From an uncultured delta proteobacterium (GTDB taxonomy: Bacteria > Myxococcota > Myxococcia > Myxococcales > 40CM-4-68-19): a stretch of 64,000 nucleotides of DNA. Within the stretch, counting starts at the first letter, position 1, and the number at the start of each line of letters is the position of its first letter. The notes beneath the pieces were generated by a model. It was not told the origin of the DNA. It did not search any database and worked only from the letters and a program-made list of their open reading frames with translations. This document shows, piece after piece, positions 27,998-39,348 of the stretch. Location: NCBI GenBank assembly GCA_903911145.1, contig CAIWCD010000007.1, forward strand, positions 62,001 to 126,000, in the 5' to 3' direction. The position numbers and the translations under genes were made by a program.

Positions 27998-30886
27998 TCA
28001 TATGAAGCCGATCTTTCGATTTCGCTGAACTGGTGCCCCAGGATTGCTCGACTCCGACTTCTTGCCCTCGGTCGGTTCCGCTCCGAGTTCCTCGCCGAGC
28101 GCCTCGCCGAACTCGTCGCGAGAGGTGGCCGGCGGCGCGACCGGTGGAGCCTTCGGAGGCGCGCTGGGTTTCCCCAGCCCGGGCGCGGGGCGACGGATCG
28201 GCGCAGACGTCGGACGTGTGCCGCTCGCACTCGAGTCGCCGCTCGGGGCGGGCGTGTTCTGGATTGGCGCCGAGACAGGACGGATGCCAGACGCGTTCGT
28301 CGGCAGCGGCGTCGAGATGGATCCACCGAGCCGCTGGATGCGCGCCGCCGCGTCGCGAAACCCGCGCTCCGAGCGCTCGATCGCCTTGTACTGCTCGATC
28401 GCGAGCCCACGATCGCCCAGCGCCTCGTAAGCTTGTCCCAGCTCGTATGCGAGCGCACGCAGAGCGGGCGGATTCAAGCCCGGCTCCTCGAGCGCACGGC
28501 GCAGCACCGCGACTGAATCCTGCGGCCTGCCCTTCTCCATCGCGCAGACCGCGAGAATGGTGATGCAGTCGATCTTGCGCACGCCGCCGCCGAACTGCAG
28601 CGCCAGTTCAAACTCGGCGATGGCGTCGTCGAGCAGCCCCATCTCCTTGTAGGCGATGCCAAGATCGTAGTGGGTCTGCGCGTCCTCGCGTCGAATCGCT
28701 TCGTGCACCTGTGAGCGCAGAGTGCCGCCGGTCGTCTCGGCCACCTCGTTCATCAGGTCGAGCCGCTGCACGTCGAGCGGTGCGCCCTCTCCCGTCATCG
28801 ATTGCGCACCGACGGCTTGCGCGAGATCCTCGGCGATCAAGGCGTTGCCAGCCCGCGGCGAGATTGGCCGCGCGTCGAGGAGAGTCGGAGGCGACTCTTG
28901 CGTATCGTCCGGGCTTTCTTCTGGCGAGAGCTGCGCGAGCCGCTTGCGGGCCGCCGCGTGTGACGGCTCTGCAAGCAGGATCCCCTCGAGGATCGCACGT
29001 GCATCCTCGCCGAGCCCGGCGTCGATATAGAAATCGGCCTCCGCGAGATCAGATGCGAAGGGATCTTCGTCGCCGAGGGCAGACGCATTCAGCGGCTGTG
29101 GCTGCGTGTCGTGCTCACCGACCTCCTCGGCCTCCTCGACGAACTCCTCGGCCTCGAGATCGGCTTCAGCCGCATAGACGGCCGGATCGATTGGCTGCGT
29201 GATCGGCGACGCAGAGTTCGGCGCGCTCTTCCCCGGCGGCGGCGAGCGCGGAACGGGGAGCGGACCGGATATGTCGAGCTGGTGCAGGACGTCGGCGATC
29301 GTGACCTCGCCAGACTCGTCCGCGCCATACTCTTCGACAGCGACGGGCCGCCCGCGCGGAGGATCAATGCGCGTCTTCTCCTCGAACGGATCGCTCTCGA
29401 TCGCCACCCGCGCGGTCGGGAACGGCCCGAGCTTGGCCGAGAGCTGCAGCGCAGGATTCTTCGGATCGAGTTTGCGCAGCTCGGCCTTCGCCGCATCGGC
29501 CCGCGGATCGCTGCGCGCCGAGTAGAGCCGAACGAGCTTCGCCAGCGACTCCGCAGCGTCGGCCGGGCGCTTCATCGCCAACGCCAGCGTCTTCGCCTTC
29601 TCGTGCGCCTCGGTGCTGTCGGGATCGAGCGCGAAGATCTTGCTGAGATGCTCAAGCGCCTTCTCGTGCAGACCGTACTTCACGTAGACGTCGGTCTCCT
29701 TGAGCAGCTTGGGGATCGAGTTCGACGACTGCGGCGGGCCAGGCGGTGGCGGCGGCGCCGAGAGTCCGCGGGCTGCGACCGGCGCGCTCTGCGACGTGGT
29801 GCCCGAGAGCCGATCCATCTCGCTGGCGATCGTCGCAATCGCGGGCTGCGACAGCGGCGGTGCGGGAGGAGGAACCGACAGTGTCGACCCGCTCTTCGGC
29901 CGCGAACCCGGGCGGCCCGGTCCGCTGCGCCGCGCGCCCGGCGCGAGAAATCCCGGAGAGGTCGTCTCCTTCTTCGCCGCGTTTCCTGACTGCGCAGTGA
30001 TGATCTGCCGCAGCATCGCCTTGACGTCCGCGTCCTCGGGCGCGAGCTCGGTGATGTGCTCGAAGACGCGCCGCGCATCGTCCTTGCGGCCCGCATCGAA
30101 GTGCAGTCGCCCGAGCTCCTTGAGCACCGAGACGGTCTTGTTGATCTGCCCGAGCTCTTCGAATGCTCGCGCGAGCATCTCGAGCGTCTGCAGATCGCGC
30201 GGATTGGCCTTGAAGCAGATCTGCAGTTTCGCCAGCGCGCGCTTCGCGTCACCGCGTCCGAGATAGCTCTCGGCCAGCTCTCGCGCGAGCGTCGCATCGC
30301 CCTGATCGAGATGGCTGATGCGCTCGGCGACGCGCAGATAGTCGTCGGTCCGTCCATGCTTCTTGAGGTACTCCGCCGCGCGCCGCAGCTCGGTGACAGC
30401 CTCGACGAAATTGTCCTGCCGCGCGTACTGCTCGCCGAGACGGATTCGCGCCGCGACGTTGTCGGGGTCGAGCTCGACGAGCTTCTTGAGCGTATCGAGC
30501 GCCGACTTGAGATCGCCGACCTTCTCGTAGTGCGCGGAGACCGCCTGCCACTCCTTCGTGGCATCTCCGAGCAGCCCGAGCTGCTGGTAGAGCTCGGCGA
30601 GCTTGATGTTGACTTCGATCCGCTCGACGACCTTGAGCACCTGCTTATAGAGCGCGACGGCCTTCAAATAGAAGCCCTGCGCCGCATACGTCTTGGCGAC
30701 CCGCTCGAAGCAGTCGGCCGCCTCCGCGTGCCGGCCCATCTTCTGATCGAGCTCGGCGAGCTTCTGCAGAATGCGGACATCGTCCGGATCAAAGTCGAGC
30801 GCGCGCTGAAATTCCTTCGCGGCTTTGTCGAGCTGCCCTTTCGCGATCAGCTTCGCGGCGGCCTCGATGACCTTGTTCTTGTCCAT
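27998..30886 (-). CDS. sgmX: Large TPR protein, SgmX-like type IV pilus polarity factor
   Basis: N-terminal TPR array, Pro-rich linkers, THYDLGIAYKEMGLLDDAI C-terminal TPRs, ends KIGFI; position between accC and ExeA/tamB/omp85 matches Myxococcus sgmX as I recall it. Confidence 0.7.
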   Translation of the reverse strand: MDKNKVIEAAAKLIAKGQLDKAAKEFQRALDFDPDDVRILQKLAELDQKMGRHAEAADCFERVAKTYAAQGFYLKAVALYKQVLKVVERIEVNIKLAELYQQLGLLGDATKEWQAVSAHYEKVGDLKSALDTLKKLVELDPDNVAARIRLGEQYARQDNFVEAVTELRRAAEYLKKHGRTDDYLRVAERISHLDQGDATLARELAESYLGRGDAKRALAKLQICFKANPRDLQTLEMLARAFEELGQINKTVSVLKELGRLHFDAGRKDDARRVFEHITELAPEDADVKAMLRQIITAQSGNAAKKETTSPGFLAPGARRSGPGRPGSRPKSGSTLSVPPPAPPLSQPAIATIASEMDRLSGTTSQSAPVAARGLSAPPPPPGPPQSSNSIPKLLKETDVYVKYGLHEKALEHLSKIFALDPDSTEAHEKAKTLALAMKRPADAAESLAKLVRLYSARSDPRADAAKAELRKLDPKNPALQLSAKLGPFPTARVAIESDPFEEKTRIDPPRGRPVAVEEYGADESGEVTIADVLHQLDISGPLPVPRSPPPGKSAPNSASPITQPIDPAVYAAEADLEAEEFVEEAEEVGEHDTQPQPLNASALGDEDPFASDLAEADFYIDAGLGEDARAILEGILLAEPSHAAARKRLAQLSPEESPDDTQESPPTLLDARPISPRAGNALIAEDLAQAVGAQSMTGEGAPLDVQRLDLMNEVAETTGGTLRSQVHEAIRREDAQTHYDLGIAYKEMGLLDDAIAEFELALQFGGGVRKIDCITILAVCAMEKGRPQDSVAVLRRALEEPGLNPPALRALAYELGQAYEALGDRGLAIEQYKAIERSERGFRDAAARIQRLGGSISTPLPTNASGIRPVSAPIQNTPAPSGDSSASGTRPTSAPIRRPAPGLGKPSAPPKAPPVAPPATSRDEFGEALGEELGAEPTEGKKSESSNPGAPVQRNRKIGFI

Positions 30887-31041
30887 CGGTCCTAAGGCTT
30901 GCTGCGCGACGCGCGAGGCGAGGTTCTCGAGGCTTGAACAGCAGACGAATTCCGGATCGGTGACACTAGTGGCAAGCGCCCGGGACGGTCAAGTTTATCG
31001 GACGCCGCGACCCAGCCCAAGCCATTGGACAGACGCCGCTT

Positions 31042-32418
<1,377 letters not shown>

Positions 32419-32421
32419 CGA

Positions 32422-32892
32422 TTACGGCTCGAGACGAAAGAGCGGCTCGCCGTACTCGACCGGGCTGCCGTTCTGCACCAGCACCTCGACGATGCGGCCC
32501 GGCGTCTCCGCCTCGATCTCGTTCATCAGCTTCATTGCCTCGACGATGCAGAGCACCTGCCCCTTCTTCACCGCCACGCCGACGTCGACGAACGACGGCG
32601 CATCGGGCGAGGCCGAGCGATAGAAGGTACCGACGAACGGCGAGTTCACCGTGAAGCTCTTCGCGTCCGGCTTCGGCGCAGCTGGAGCGGGAGCCGCGGC
32701 AGCGACGGGCGGATGCAGCGGGGCCGCCACTGGCGCCGCCGTGTGCGTGGACGCGTGCGTGTGATGCGCGGTCTGCGCAGGAGGATGCCCGAGCCGCAGC
32801 TCGATGCGCTCCTCCCCATCGGTCCAGTCGAGGCGCGAGACTTCCGTCCCTTTGAGCGCCGCGAGGATTGCCTTGAGCTTGTCGACGTCCAA
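32422..32892 (-). CDS. accB: Biotin carboxyl carrier protein
   Basis: [18 protein letters not shown] biotinylation motif; TTG start. Confidence 0.96.
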   Translation of the reverse strand: MDVDKLKAILAALKGTEVSRLDWTDGEERIELRLGHPPAQTAHHTHASTHTAAPVAAPLHPPVAAAAPAPAAPKPDAKSFTVNSPFVGTFYRSASPDAPSFVDVGVAVKKGQVLCIVEAMKLMNEIEAETPGRIVEVLVQNGSPVEYGEPLFRLEP

Positions 32893-32896
32893 GCGC

Positions 32897-33466
32897 TTAG
32901 CCGACGCGCGTGATGTAGGCGCCAGTCCGGGTGTCGATGCGCAGGACGTCGCCCTCGTTGATGAAGAGCGGAACGTTCAGCGTGTAGCCAGTCTCCATCG
33001 TCGCCGGCTTGAGAGCGCCGGAGACGGTGTCGCCGCGCACGCCCGGGTCGCACTTGGTGACCTTGAGCTCGACCGCGTTGGGCATCTGCACGCTGATGGC
33101 GCGCCCGTTCCAGAAGAGAACCTTCGCGTTCTCGTTCTCCTTCAAATAGTTCTTCGACTCGCCCAGACCCTTCTCATCGACGTGCGTCTGGTCGAACGTC
33201 TTGGTGTCCATGAAGACGAAATGCTCGCCCTCTTTGTAGAGGTACTGCATTTCCTTTTCTTCCATGTCGGGGCGGCCGACCTTGTCGCCCGACTTGAAGG
33301 TCGGCTCGAGCGTGCGCCCGGAGATGAGATTGCGAATGCGGGTGCGCACGAACGCCGAGCCCTTGCCAGGCTTGACGTGCTGGAACTCGACGATCTCGAA
33401 CGGGTCCCCGTCGACGAGAATCTTCAGCCCGTTGCGAAACTCGCTCGTATCGATGACGTCGGCCAT
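32897..33466 (-). CDS. efp: Elongation factor P
   Basis: [31 protein letters not shown]. Confidence 0.97.
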   Translation of the reverse strand: MADVIDTSEFRNGLKILVDGDPFEIVEFQHVKPGKGSAFVRTRIRNLISGRTLEPTFKSGDKVGRPDMEEKEMQYLYKEGEHFVFMDTKTFDQTHVDEKGLGESKNYLKENENAKVLFWNGRAISVQMPNAVELKVTKCDPGVRGDTVSGALKPATMETGYTLNVPLFINEGDVLRIDTRTGAYITRVG

Positions 33467-33559
33467 GCCCGTGCTCCCTGGAGAAATGGGAGCGGCTCAT
33501 TACCCCAAGTGGGGCCGCCCGTAAAGGCCGTGAGCGTCGGAGGCAAAATCGAGATGCGG

Positions 33560-33922
33560 CTACAGCTGCTCGGCGAGCTTGCCGCCCGCGATGCGCAGCT
33601 CGTAGCGGGCCCGTCCGACGTTTCCATCAGGGCCGAGCGCGACCACCGCGAAATAGTCCGGCGTGAGCAAGCGGGCGATCGCGATCATCTTCTCGGTGCG
33701 GATCGAGACTTCGCTCGCCTTGCCCATCTGCAACGAATCGGCGGCCTGGCGTACCTGCGAGAGAATCGACGAGTATTCGACGAGAAGCGTCTCGACCTCG
33801 ACGCCCGGCGCGACCTGGTGCTCGACCGTCTCGACGGAGATGCCGTCGAATCCCATGATGCTGGCGGCGAACGCACCGTCGACGCGCCCGCAGATTCCCT
33901 CGAGGTCGTCCCGGAATGCCAT
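33560..33922 (-). CDS. mglC: Roadblock/LC7 protein, MglC-like
   Basis: ASIMGFDGI...GNVGRARYELR roadblock pattern; lies between pilQ and efp like Myxococcus mglC. Confidence 0.75.
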   Translation of the reverse strand: MAFRDDLEGICGRVDGAFAASIMGFDGISVETVEHQVAPGVEVETLLVEYSSILSQVRQAADSLQMGKASEVSIRTEKMIAIARLLTPDYFAVVALGPDGNVGRARYELRIAGGKLAEQL

Positions 33923-33965
33923 CTCGGCCTGCACCTTCCTGCGCGGTCATCCCGCGCACCGCACG

Positions 33966-34187
33966 TCAGCTTCGCCGCCGCTCCTGCACCCGCGCCATCA
34001 GCGCCCGCAGCAGCTCAATCTCTTCCTGCGCCGAGGGCCCGAGCGCGATCAACCTGCGCTGCGCCTCCGCCTGCTGCTCGACGGAGCCACCCTCTGCGAG
34101 CCGCTGGTAGATCTCCCGTGCGCGTCCGTTGAGCCCCTGCCGAGAGTAGAGTTCGGCGAGCATCATCGTCGGCGCCTGCTCGCTCAT
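33966..34187 (-). CDS. Small single-TPR-like hypothetical protein (73 aa)
   Basis: TMMLAELYSRQG...AREIYQRL, ending LRALMARVQERRRS. Confidence 0.6.
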   Translation of the reverse strand: MSEQAPTMMLAELYSRQGLNGRAREIYQRLAEGGSVEQQAEAQRRLIALGPSAQEEIELLRALMARVQERRRS

Positions 34188-34224
34188 CGGGTCACCACCG
34201 GCGCACCGCCAACCCGCTGCGTCG

Positions 34225-34818
34225 CTATGGCGCCGAAGAGAGGCAGCTCGAACTATCGAGGCTGCTGCTCGTCGGGACTGCGACCGGAAGGTACTCATTC
34301 GTGCTGATGGTGCTGCCATCGAGAAGTCGCCCCTCGATCCGCACGTGGAGGCGCACCGAGGTGACCGTGGAGAGCTGCGCGGCCACTGCCGCGGGAATCA
34401 GGATGGCCGCCGTCGTCAGCGTTCCTCCTGCCGCCGCCACGCCACCGATCGGCTCCACCTGCTGCGGGATGTTGACCAGCGAGCCGTCGGTCGACTCATA
34501 GGTCGTGATCGCCTGCATCGCGAGGAAGTCGTTGGTGTTGAGCCGCCCGAGGGACGGGTTTCCGTTCTGCGTGAGGTTGTTCTTGATGACGATTCCCACC
34601 GAGAAATCGCGCGCAGTGTTGAACGACTGGAAGGTGTACTCGGCCGTGGCCGCACTGTAGCTGCAGCTCGTCGCCGCTCCAGCCGCATCGAGCGCTTCCG
34701 ATGTCGTCGGTGGGATCAGCTTCTGGATCTCCAGCTCCGAGTTCTGGTTCTTCGTCGAGCAGGAGCCCACGCAGAGCGCAACCGAGGCAAGCAGCAGACA
34801 GGTCATCTTCGTGTTCAT
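34225..34818 (-). CDS. Hypothetical lipoprotein downstream of pilQ
   Basis: ATG 34818 after GGAGAG; LCVGSC lipobox. Confidence 0.7.
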   Translation of the reverse strand: MNTKMTCLLLASVALCVGSCSTKNQNSELEIQKLIPPTTSEALDAAGAATSCSYSAATAEYTFQSFNTARDFSVGIVIKNNLTQNGNPSLGRLNTNDFLAMQAITTYESTDGSLVNIPQQVEPIGGVAAAGGTLTTAAILIPAAVAAQLSTVTSVRLHVRIEGRLLDGSTISTNEYLPVAVPTSSSLDSSSCLSSAP

Positions 34819-34829
34819 GGCCGTCTCTC

Positions 34830-37562
34830 CTACTGCTTGGGTTCGTCGGACGAAGTCGAGAGCGTCGACTCGGACCGATTGATGATGTGAGGAGTGATGA
34901 AGATCAGCAGCTCCGTGCGCTGATCGCTGACCTGCTTCTTCTTGAAGAGCCAGCCGAGGATCGGGATGCGCGAGAGGACCGGCACCTCGTTCCACGACTC
35001 CGAGTTCTGGCGCGTGTAGATGCCGCCGATGACCGCAGTGTCGCTGTCCTTGACGAGCACCTGCGTCTTCGCTTCGCGGTTGGAGATCGCCGGCTGGCCG
35101 TTCGCGCCCGTGAGCTGCGCGTTGGGCTGGTTGTTGGTCGCCGAGATCTTCATCTGGATGCTGCCCTCCTGCGTGACGTGCGGGGTGACGCGCAGTTCGA
35201 GTTTCGCCTCAATGAACTGGGTGTTCACGCCCGACGCCGAGACCTGCGAGAACGGGATCTGCACACCCTGCCCGATGCTCGCCTCGACGTTGTCGAGAGT
35301 CTGGATGCGCGGCGAGCTGATGGTCTTGAGCGTGCCCGAGTTCTCCGCTGCCGAGAGGCGCAGGTTGAGCTGGGCTGCGCCGCCCGCGCTGCCGAGGACG
35401 AAGCCGAGACCACCGCCGCTGTTCACACCGATCGCCGCCGGCATGTTGACCGCGAAGTTCGGCTGCGTGACGTTTGAGAGGCCGCCGATCGGCGCCGTCG
35501 AGTCATCGGCCGCACCGGCCACCTGGAGGATGTTGGGGAAAACGAGGCCAGTCGAGTTTCCCGTCGCAGGCGAGAGCGAGACGTTGCCGCCCCACTGGAT
35601 GCCGGCCGCGCGCGTGAAGTTGACCGAGGCTTCGACGATGCGGCTCTCGATGAGAACTTCGGGAGTCTGCGTATCGAGGTTGCGGATGATGCCTTCCGCG
35701 CGCAGCAGCGAATCCTGGACGTCCTTGATGATCAGCGTGTTCGTGCGCGCGTCGACTGAGACCGTGCCGCGCTCGGTGAGCGAGTCCTTGATCTTGTCGA
35801 CCAGCTGCGCTGCGGTCGCGTTGTTCACGGGGATCAGACGGACCTTGAGCGGCTCGTAGGTCTGCTTGACCTTCGCCGCGTCCGCTGCGTCCTTCTGCTC
35901 CTGCCGCAGGCGCTCGATCGGCGCGACCCGGATGATGTTGGAGATCTCCTCCTTCCCGAGCCCCTTCGACTTGAGGATGATGTCGAGAGCCTGGTCCCAC
36001 GGAACGTTGCGCAGACGAATGGTCACCGTCCCCTTCACGTCGTCGGCGAGGATGATGTTCTTCTTGCTGATGTCGGCGATGGCACCGAGCAGGTTGCGGA
36101 TGTCGATGTCCTTGACGTTGAAGTCGACGCGGCGACCGGTGTAGTTGCGGTCGTCGAGCACGCTCGGCTGCGGCGAGGCAGAAGCGGGCTCGGTCGTTGC
36201 GGCCGCTGCCCGCGCGGGGATCGACACCGCAGGCTGCTGCGCGAAAACCGGGTCGGCACCGAACTTCCACGAAAGCCCGCCCATGTGCGCCGAGATCTCG
36301 TCCTTGCAGGGCGCGTGGAGCGACGCGATGATCTTCACCACGCCGGGCATCGACGGAACGCGATAGGCAGAGACCATGTCGAGCGCGCCGCCAAGCGCCG
36401 TCGCATCGAGATTGCGCTCGAGCCGCTCGGGAAGGTTCGCGTCGGAGATTGTCAGCACGACAGTCTTCGGATTCGGATGACCGACCTCGAACTTGAACGC
36501 ACCGTCGATCGCGATCGCGACCTGTGTATGTTCGACGCTGCTGTCGAGATCGACCGAGCGGATGTTCGCAAGGACCTGCTTCGCTTCGAGCTTCACGGTG
36601 GGCTTTGCAGGGGGCACCGACGCGACTGTCAGAGGCTGGGCTTCCGAGGGAGCAAGCGGCGTCGGGTGATTCGCGGCGACCACGGCGCTCCCGACGACGA
36701 CGTCGAGTCCGTCGGCACGACGCTGGACATCGTAGGCCGGCATGCGATCGCCCTGCCCGTCGAGAACCACGCGCGTTCCGTCTTCATGGCGGGCGATCCG
36801 CACGCCCTTGAGATCCCCCTTGCCGTCGAGCTTGCGCGTGACGCCAGAGACCCCGTGCAGGTCGACCGCGAGGCGGGCCGGATCCTTCAGCTCAATCACG
36901 GAGAAGTGCGCGATCTGCCCGTCCGTCGAGAGCCGCACACGCGCCTGGCCGTGCGCTTCCTGCACGGACACGCCCGACAGCTTGTGCGCCGCGTGCTTGA
37001 CCGTACGCGAGTCTTCGCGCTGCACAACGAGATTAGGATCGGTCGGGGCCGAGTTGCTGGCCTCCGCGCTCGCGGTCGATGCGCTCTCGACACCAGCAGC
37101 GTTCGTTTCGCCCGCAGGCGACGTGTTCAAAGGAGACGCAACCGGCGCGGTCGTCGCGGCATGCTCGGCCGCGACAGTGACGAGCAGATCGTTCCCCGCC
37201 GCCTTGACATCGTAATGAGCGTCGCCATCGAGCACCACCACGAGTCGGCCGACGCGGCGACCTGCCTCGTCGAACTGCGCCGCCGTCACGCCCTTGACCG
37301 CACCGCTCTTGAGGTCGATGCCCGGCGCCACCGCGGTCACATCCGCGCCGGCCAGATCGATCACCAGTCGCGACGGCTCAGCGAGCTTGAACACCGTGAA
37401 CGAGGGCCGCTCGGTGCCGTGAATGGCCAGCTTGCCCTGCGCATCCAGCGCCTCGACCGACGTGACTCGGTTGAGCGCCTCGGCAGTGCCCGCGCGTGCG
37501 GCAGATGCGCCACACAGCAGCACGAGCAGCGCCAGCGTCATCTTGCGACCGTGCGAAATCAT
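34830..37562 (-). CDS. pilQ: Type IV pilus secretin
   Basis: Signal peptide, AMIN domains (PSRLVIDL, PARLAVDL), NVPWDQALD, VLIESRIVE, VPVLSRIPILGWLF, ELLIFITP. Confidence 0.95.
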   Translation of the reverse strand: MISHGRKMTLALLVLLCGASAARAGTAEALNRVTSVEALDAQGKLAIHGTERPSFTVFKLAEPSRLVIDLAGADVTAVAPGIDLKSGAVKGVTAAQFDEAGRRVGRLVVVLDGDAHYDVKAAGNDLLVTVAAEHAATTAPVASPLNTSPAGETNAAGVESASTASAEASNSAPTDPNLVVQREDSRTVKHAAHKLSGVSVQEAHGQARVRLSTDGQIAHFSVIELKDPARLAVDLHGVSGVTRKLDGKGDLKGVRIARHEDGTRVVLDGQGDRMPAYDVQRRADGLDVVVGSAVVAANHPTPLAPSEAQPLTVASVPPAKPTVKLEAKQVLANIRSVDLDSSVEHTQVAIAIDGAFKFEVGHPNPKTVVLTISDANLPERLERNLDATALGGALDMVSAYRVPSMPGVVKIIASLHAPCKDEISAHMGGLSWKFGADPVFAQQPAVSIPARAAAATTEPASASPQPSVLDDRNYTGRRVDFNVKDIDIRNLLGAIADISKKNIILADDVKGTVTIRLRNVPWDQALDIILKSKGLGKEEISNIIRVAPIERLRQEQKDAADAAKVKQTYEPLKVRLIPVNNATAAQLVDKIKDSLTERGTVSVDARTNTLIIKDVQDSLLRAEGIIRNLDTQTPEVLIESRIVEASVNFTRAAGIQWGGNVSLSPATGNSTGLVFPNILQVAGAADDSTAPIGGLSNVTQPNFAVNMPAAIGVNSGGGLGFVLGSAGGAAQLNLRLSAAENSGTLKTISSPRIQTLDNVEASIGQGVQIPFSQVSASGVNTQFIEAKLELRVTPHVTQEGSIQMKISATNNQPNAQLTGANGQPAISNREAKTQVLVKDSDTAVIGGIYTRQNSESWNEVPVLSRIPILGWLFKKKQVSDQRTELLIFITPHIINRSESTLSTSSDEPKQ

Positions 37563-37596
37563 CCGGTGCTCCTTCGCTTCAACAAAGATGGTCACG

Positions 37597-38175
37597 CTAT
37601 TTTCCCCGGCTCGCTGCCGTGCCCAGCGATTCGCCGTCACGCAGCTGTTGTTCCGACGCCATGTCCGCCGCGTCCTGCACGACCTTGAGCGGGACCGTCT
37701 GAGGATAGACCCGGCCAGTTGCGTGATCGGTGATCGTTTCAGTGATGATGATCTGGTCTCGCTGGATCGACGTGACCTTGCCCCAGTTCTGTCCGATGAA
37801 CGAGCCAAGGTAGACAGACCAGCCGCGCCCGTCCGGGTCCTCGACCATCGCCATCGGCGACGCCGTGCCCGTCACGGTGAGTGAGAGCCTGAGCTTGTCG
37901 ATCGGCCAGCGCTGCAGCGGAGTCGGCTTGCCACCCGGGATCTTCACCGGCGTGACTTCCTTCACGGCGAAGACATTCTGGAACGGGTCGCGCTTCCCGA
38001 CGGGAGAGTAGACGTAGATCGATGTCGGCTCTGCCGGCTTCTCGGTCTCGTCCGCCGCGGCAACAACCGGTTTCGGCGCAGGAGGCGGACGCGGAGGCGG
38101 CGGTGGCTCACCACACGCAAGGCCTCCCGCAAGCATCGCCGCGAAAGCGGCGCCCAGCTTCATCGAGCGGCTCAC
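37597..38175 (-). CDS. pilP: Type IV pilus lipoprotein PilP
   Basis: GLAC lipobox, YSPVGKRDPF, AMVEDPDG, IGQNWGKV. Confidence 0.92.
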   Translation of the reverse strand: MSRSMKLGAAFAAMLAGGLACGEPPPPPRPPPAPKPVVAAADETEKPAEPTSIYVYSPVGKRDPFQNVFAVKEVTPVKIPGGKPTPLQRWPIDKLRLSLTVTGTASPMAMVEDPDGRGWSVYLGSFIGQNWGKVTSIQRDQIIITETITDHATGRVYPQTVPLKVVQDAADMASEQQLRDGESLGTAASRGK

Positions 38176-38777
38176 TTCGCACCTCCAGCCGGCGGCGTCT
38201 GGGGCAGGAAGCGGAACGTGGTCGCGACGTAGCTCGACTGCACGACAAGCTTCTCGTTCACGAGCTTCGGGGTGCTCATCTTGATGTTGGTCACGTTCAC
38301 GATGCGCGCGAGCTTCGAGAGCGAATCGAGGAAGACGCCAATCTCGTGGTAGTTGCCCGTCACCGACATCACGACAGGAATCGCCGCGTAGAAGCCCTGC
38401 GGCTGCTCACCCTGCGGCTCGATGTTGTTGATGACGAGCCCGCTCTTATTGCCGATGTCGCTGATCGAGCTGATCAGCTCCGCCATGTTCGTCTCGTTCG
38501 GCAGCTCGGTCAGAGCCTGGGCCAGCTTGCGCTCGAGGATCTCCTTGTCGTGCTTGAACTGGGCCAGGTTGTTCGCGATCTGCTGCTTCTGAATCAGATC
38601 GTTCTCGAGTGCGTGCAGCTCCTGCTGCTTGCGGGCGATCTCGTCGAACATCGGCTGGATCACGAAGTAGAAGTTGGCACCCGTCAACAGCGCAACGACC
38701 ACGCCGAGCCCCGCCAGCTTCTGCGCAAGCGGGATCTTGTTGAGCTGGTTGACAATGTCTTGTCCGGTCATCGCCAT
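38172..38777 (-). CDS. pilO: Type IV pilus assembly protein PilO
   Basis: TM segment, coiled coil, FYAAIP...GNYHEIGVF...LARIVN. Confidence 0.93.
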   Translation of the reverse strand: MAMTGQDIVNQLNKIPLAQKLAGLGVVVALLTGANFYFVIQPMFDEIARKQQELHALENDLIQKQQIANNLAQFKHDKEILERKLAQALTELPNETNMAELISSISDIGNKSGLVINNIEPQGEQPQGFYAAIPVVMSVTGNYHEIGVFLDSLSKLARIVNVTNIKMSTPKLVNEKLVVQSSYVATTFRFLPQTPPAGGAK

Positions 38778-38811
38778 GAGAGCGTCCCCGTGAGCGGGCG
38801 AAGCGTGGTCA

Positions 38812-39348
38812 TCACGCTGAGTAGTCGGCGTGGCACGAGATCTCCCAATCGACGACCCCGTCCCCGCGCTGGTTCGCGTGGCGGATGACGACGTCGCTGA
38901 AGTGCTTCGAGGATTTGAGCTTCTTGCTGAAGACGGAGAGGTCCTCGTAGTTGACGGCGCTCCCCTTCATCGAGACGTTGCCGCCCGCTTCCGCGTACTC
39001 GGCCAGCCAGACCCGCGCAGGGATCAGGTTGGAGAGCTCGTCCATGACCTTGACCGGTCCGGTGCGGCCCTTTTTGAGGTTGTCGAGGATCTTGAGCTTG
39101 TCCTCGAGCGCCTTCTTTTCCGCGTTGATCGACTTGACCTCGCCGATCGTCTTTTCGAGCTTCGCGATGTCGTCGCGCGTCGAGGAGATGCGCGCGTTCA
39201 GCGCCGTCTCATCGGCGTCGACACGCGTGTACCAGAGGTAGTTGCAGAGCGACGCCAGAACGATCACCAGCGCACCGACGACGATCTGTTGACGACCCGA
39301 TTCGCGTTTCTTGCTCGCACGAACCGGGAGGAGGTTGATCCGAATCAT
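38812..39348 (-). CDS. pilN: Type IV pilus assembly protein PilN
   Basis: MIRINLLP N-terminal PilM-binding motif, TM, coiled coil. Confidence 0.93.
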   Translation of the reverse strand: MIRINLLPVRASKKRESGRQQIVVGALVIVLASLCNYLWYTRVDADETALNARISSTRDDIAKLEKTIGEVKSINAEKKALEDKLKILDNLKKGRTGPVKVMDELSNLIPARVWLAEYAEAGGNVSMKGSAVNYEDLSVFSKKLKSSKHFSDVVIRHANQRGDGVVDWEISCHADYSA

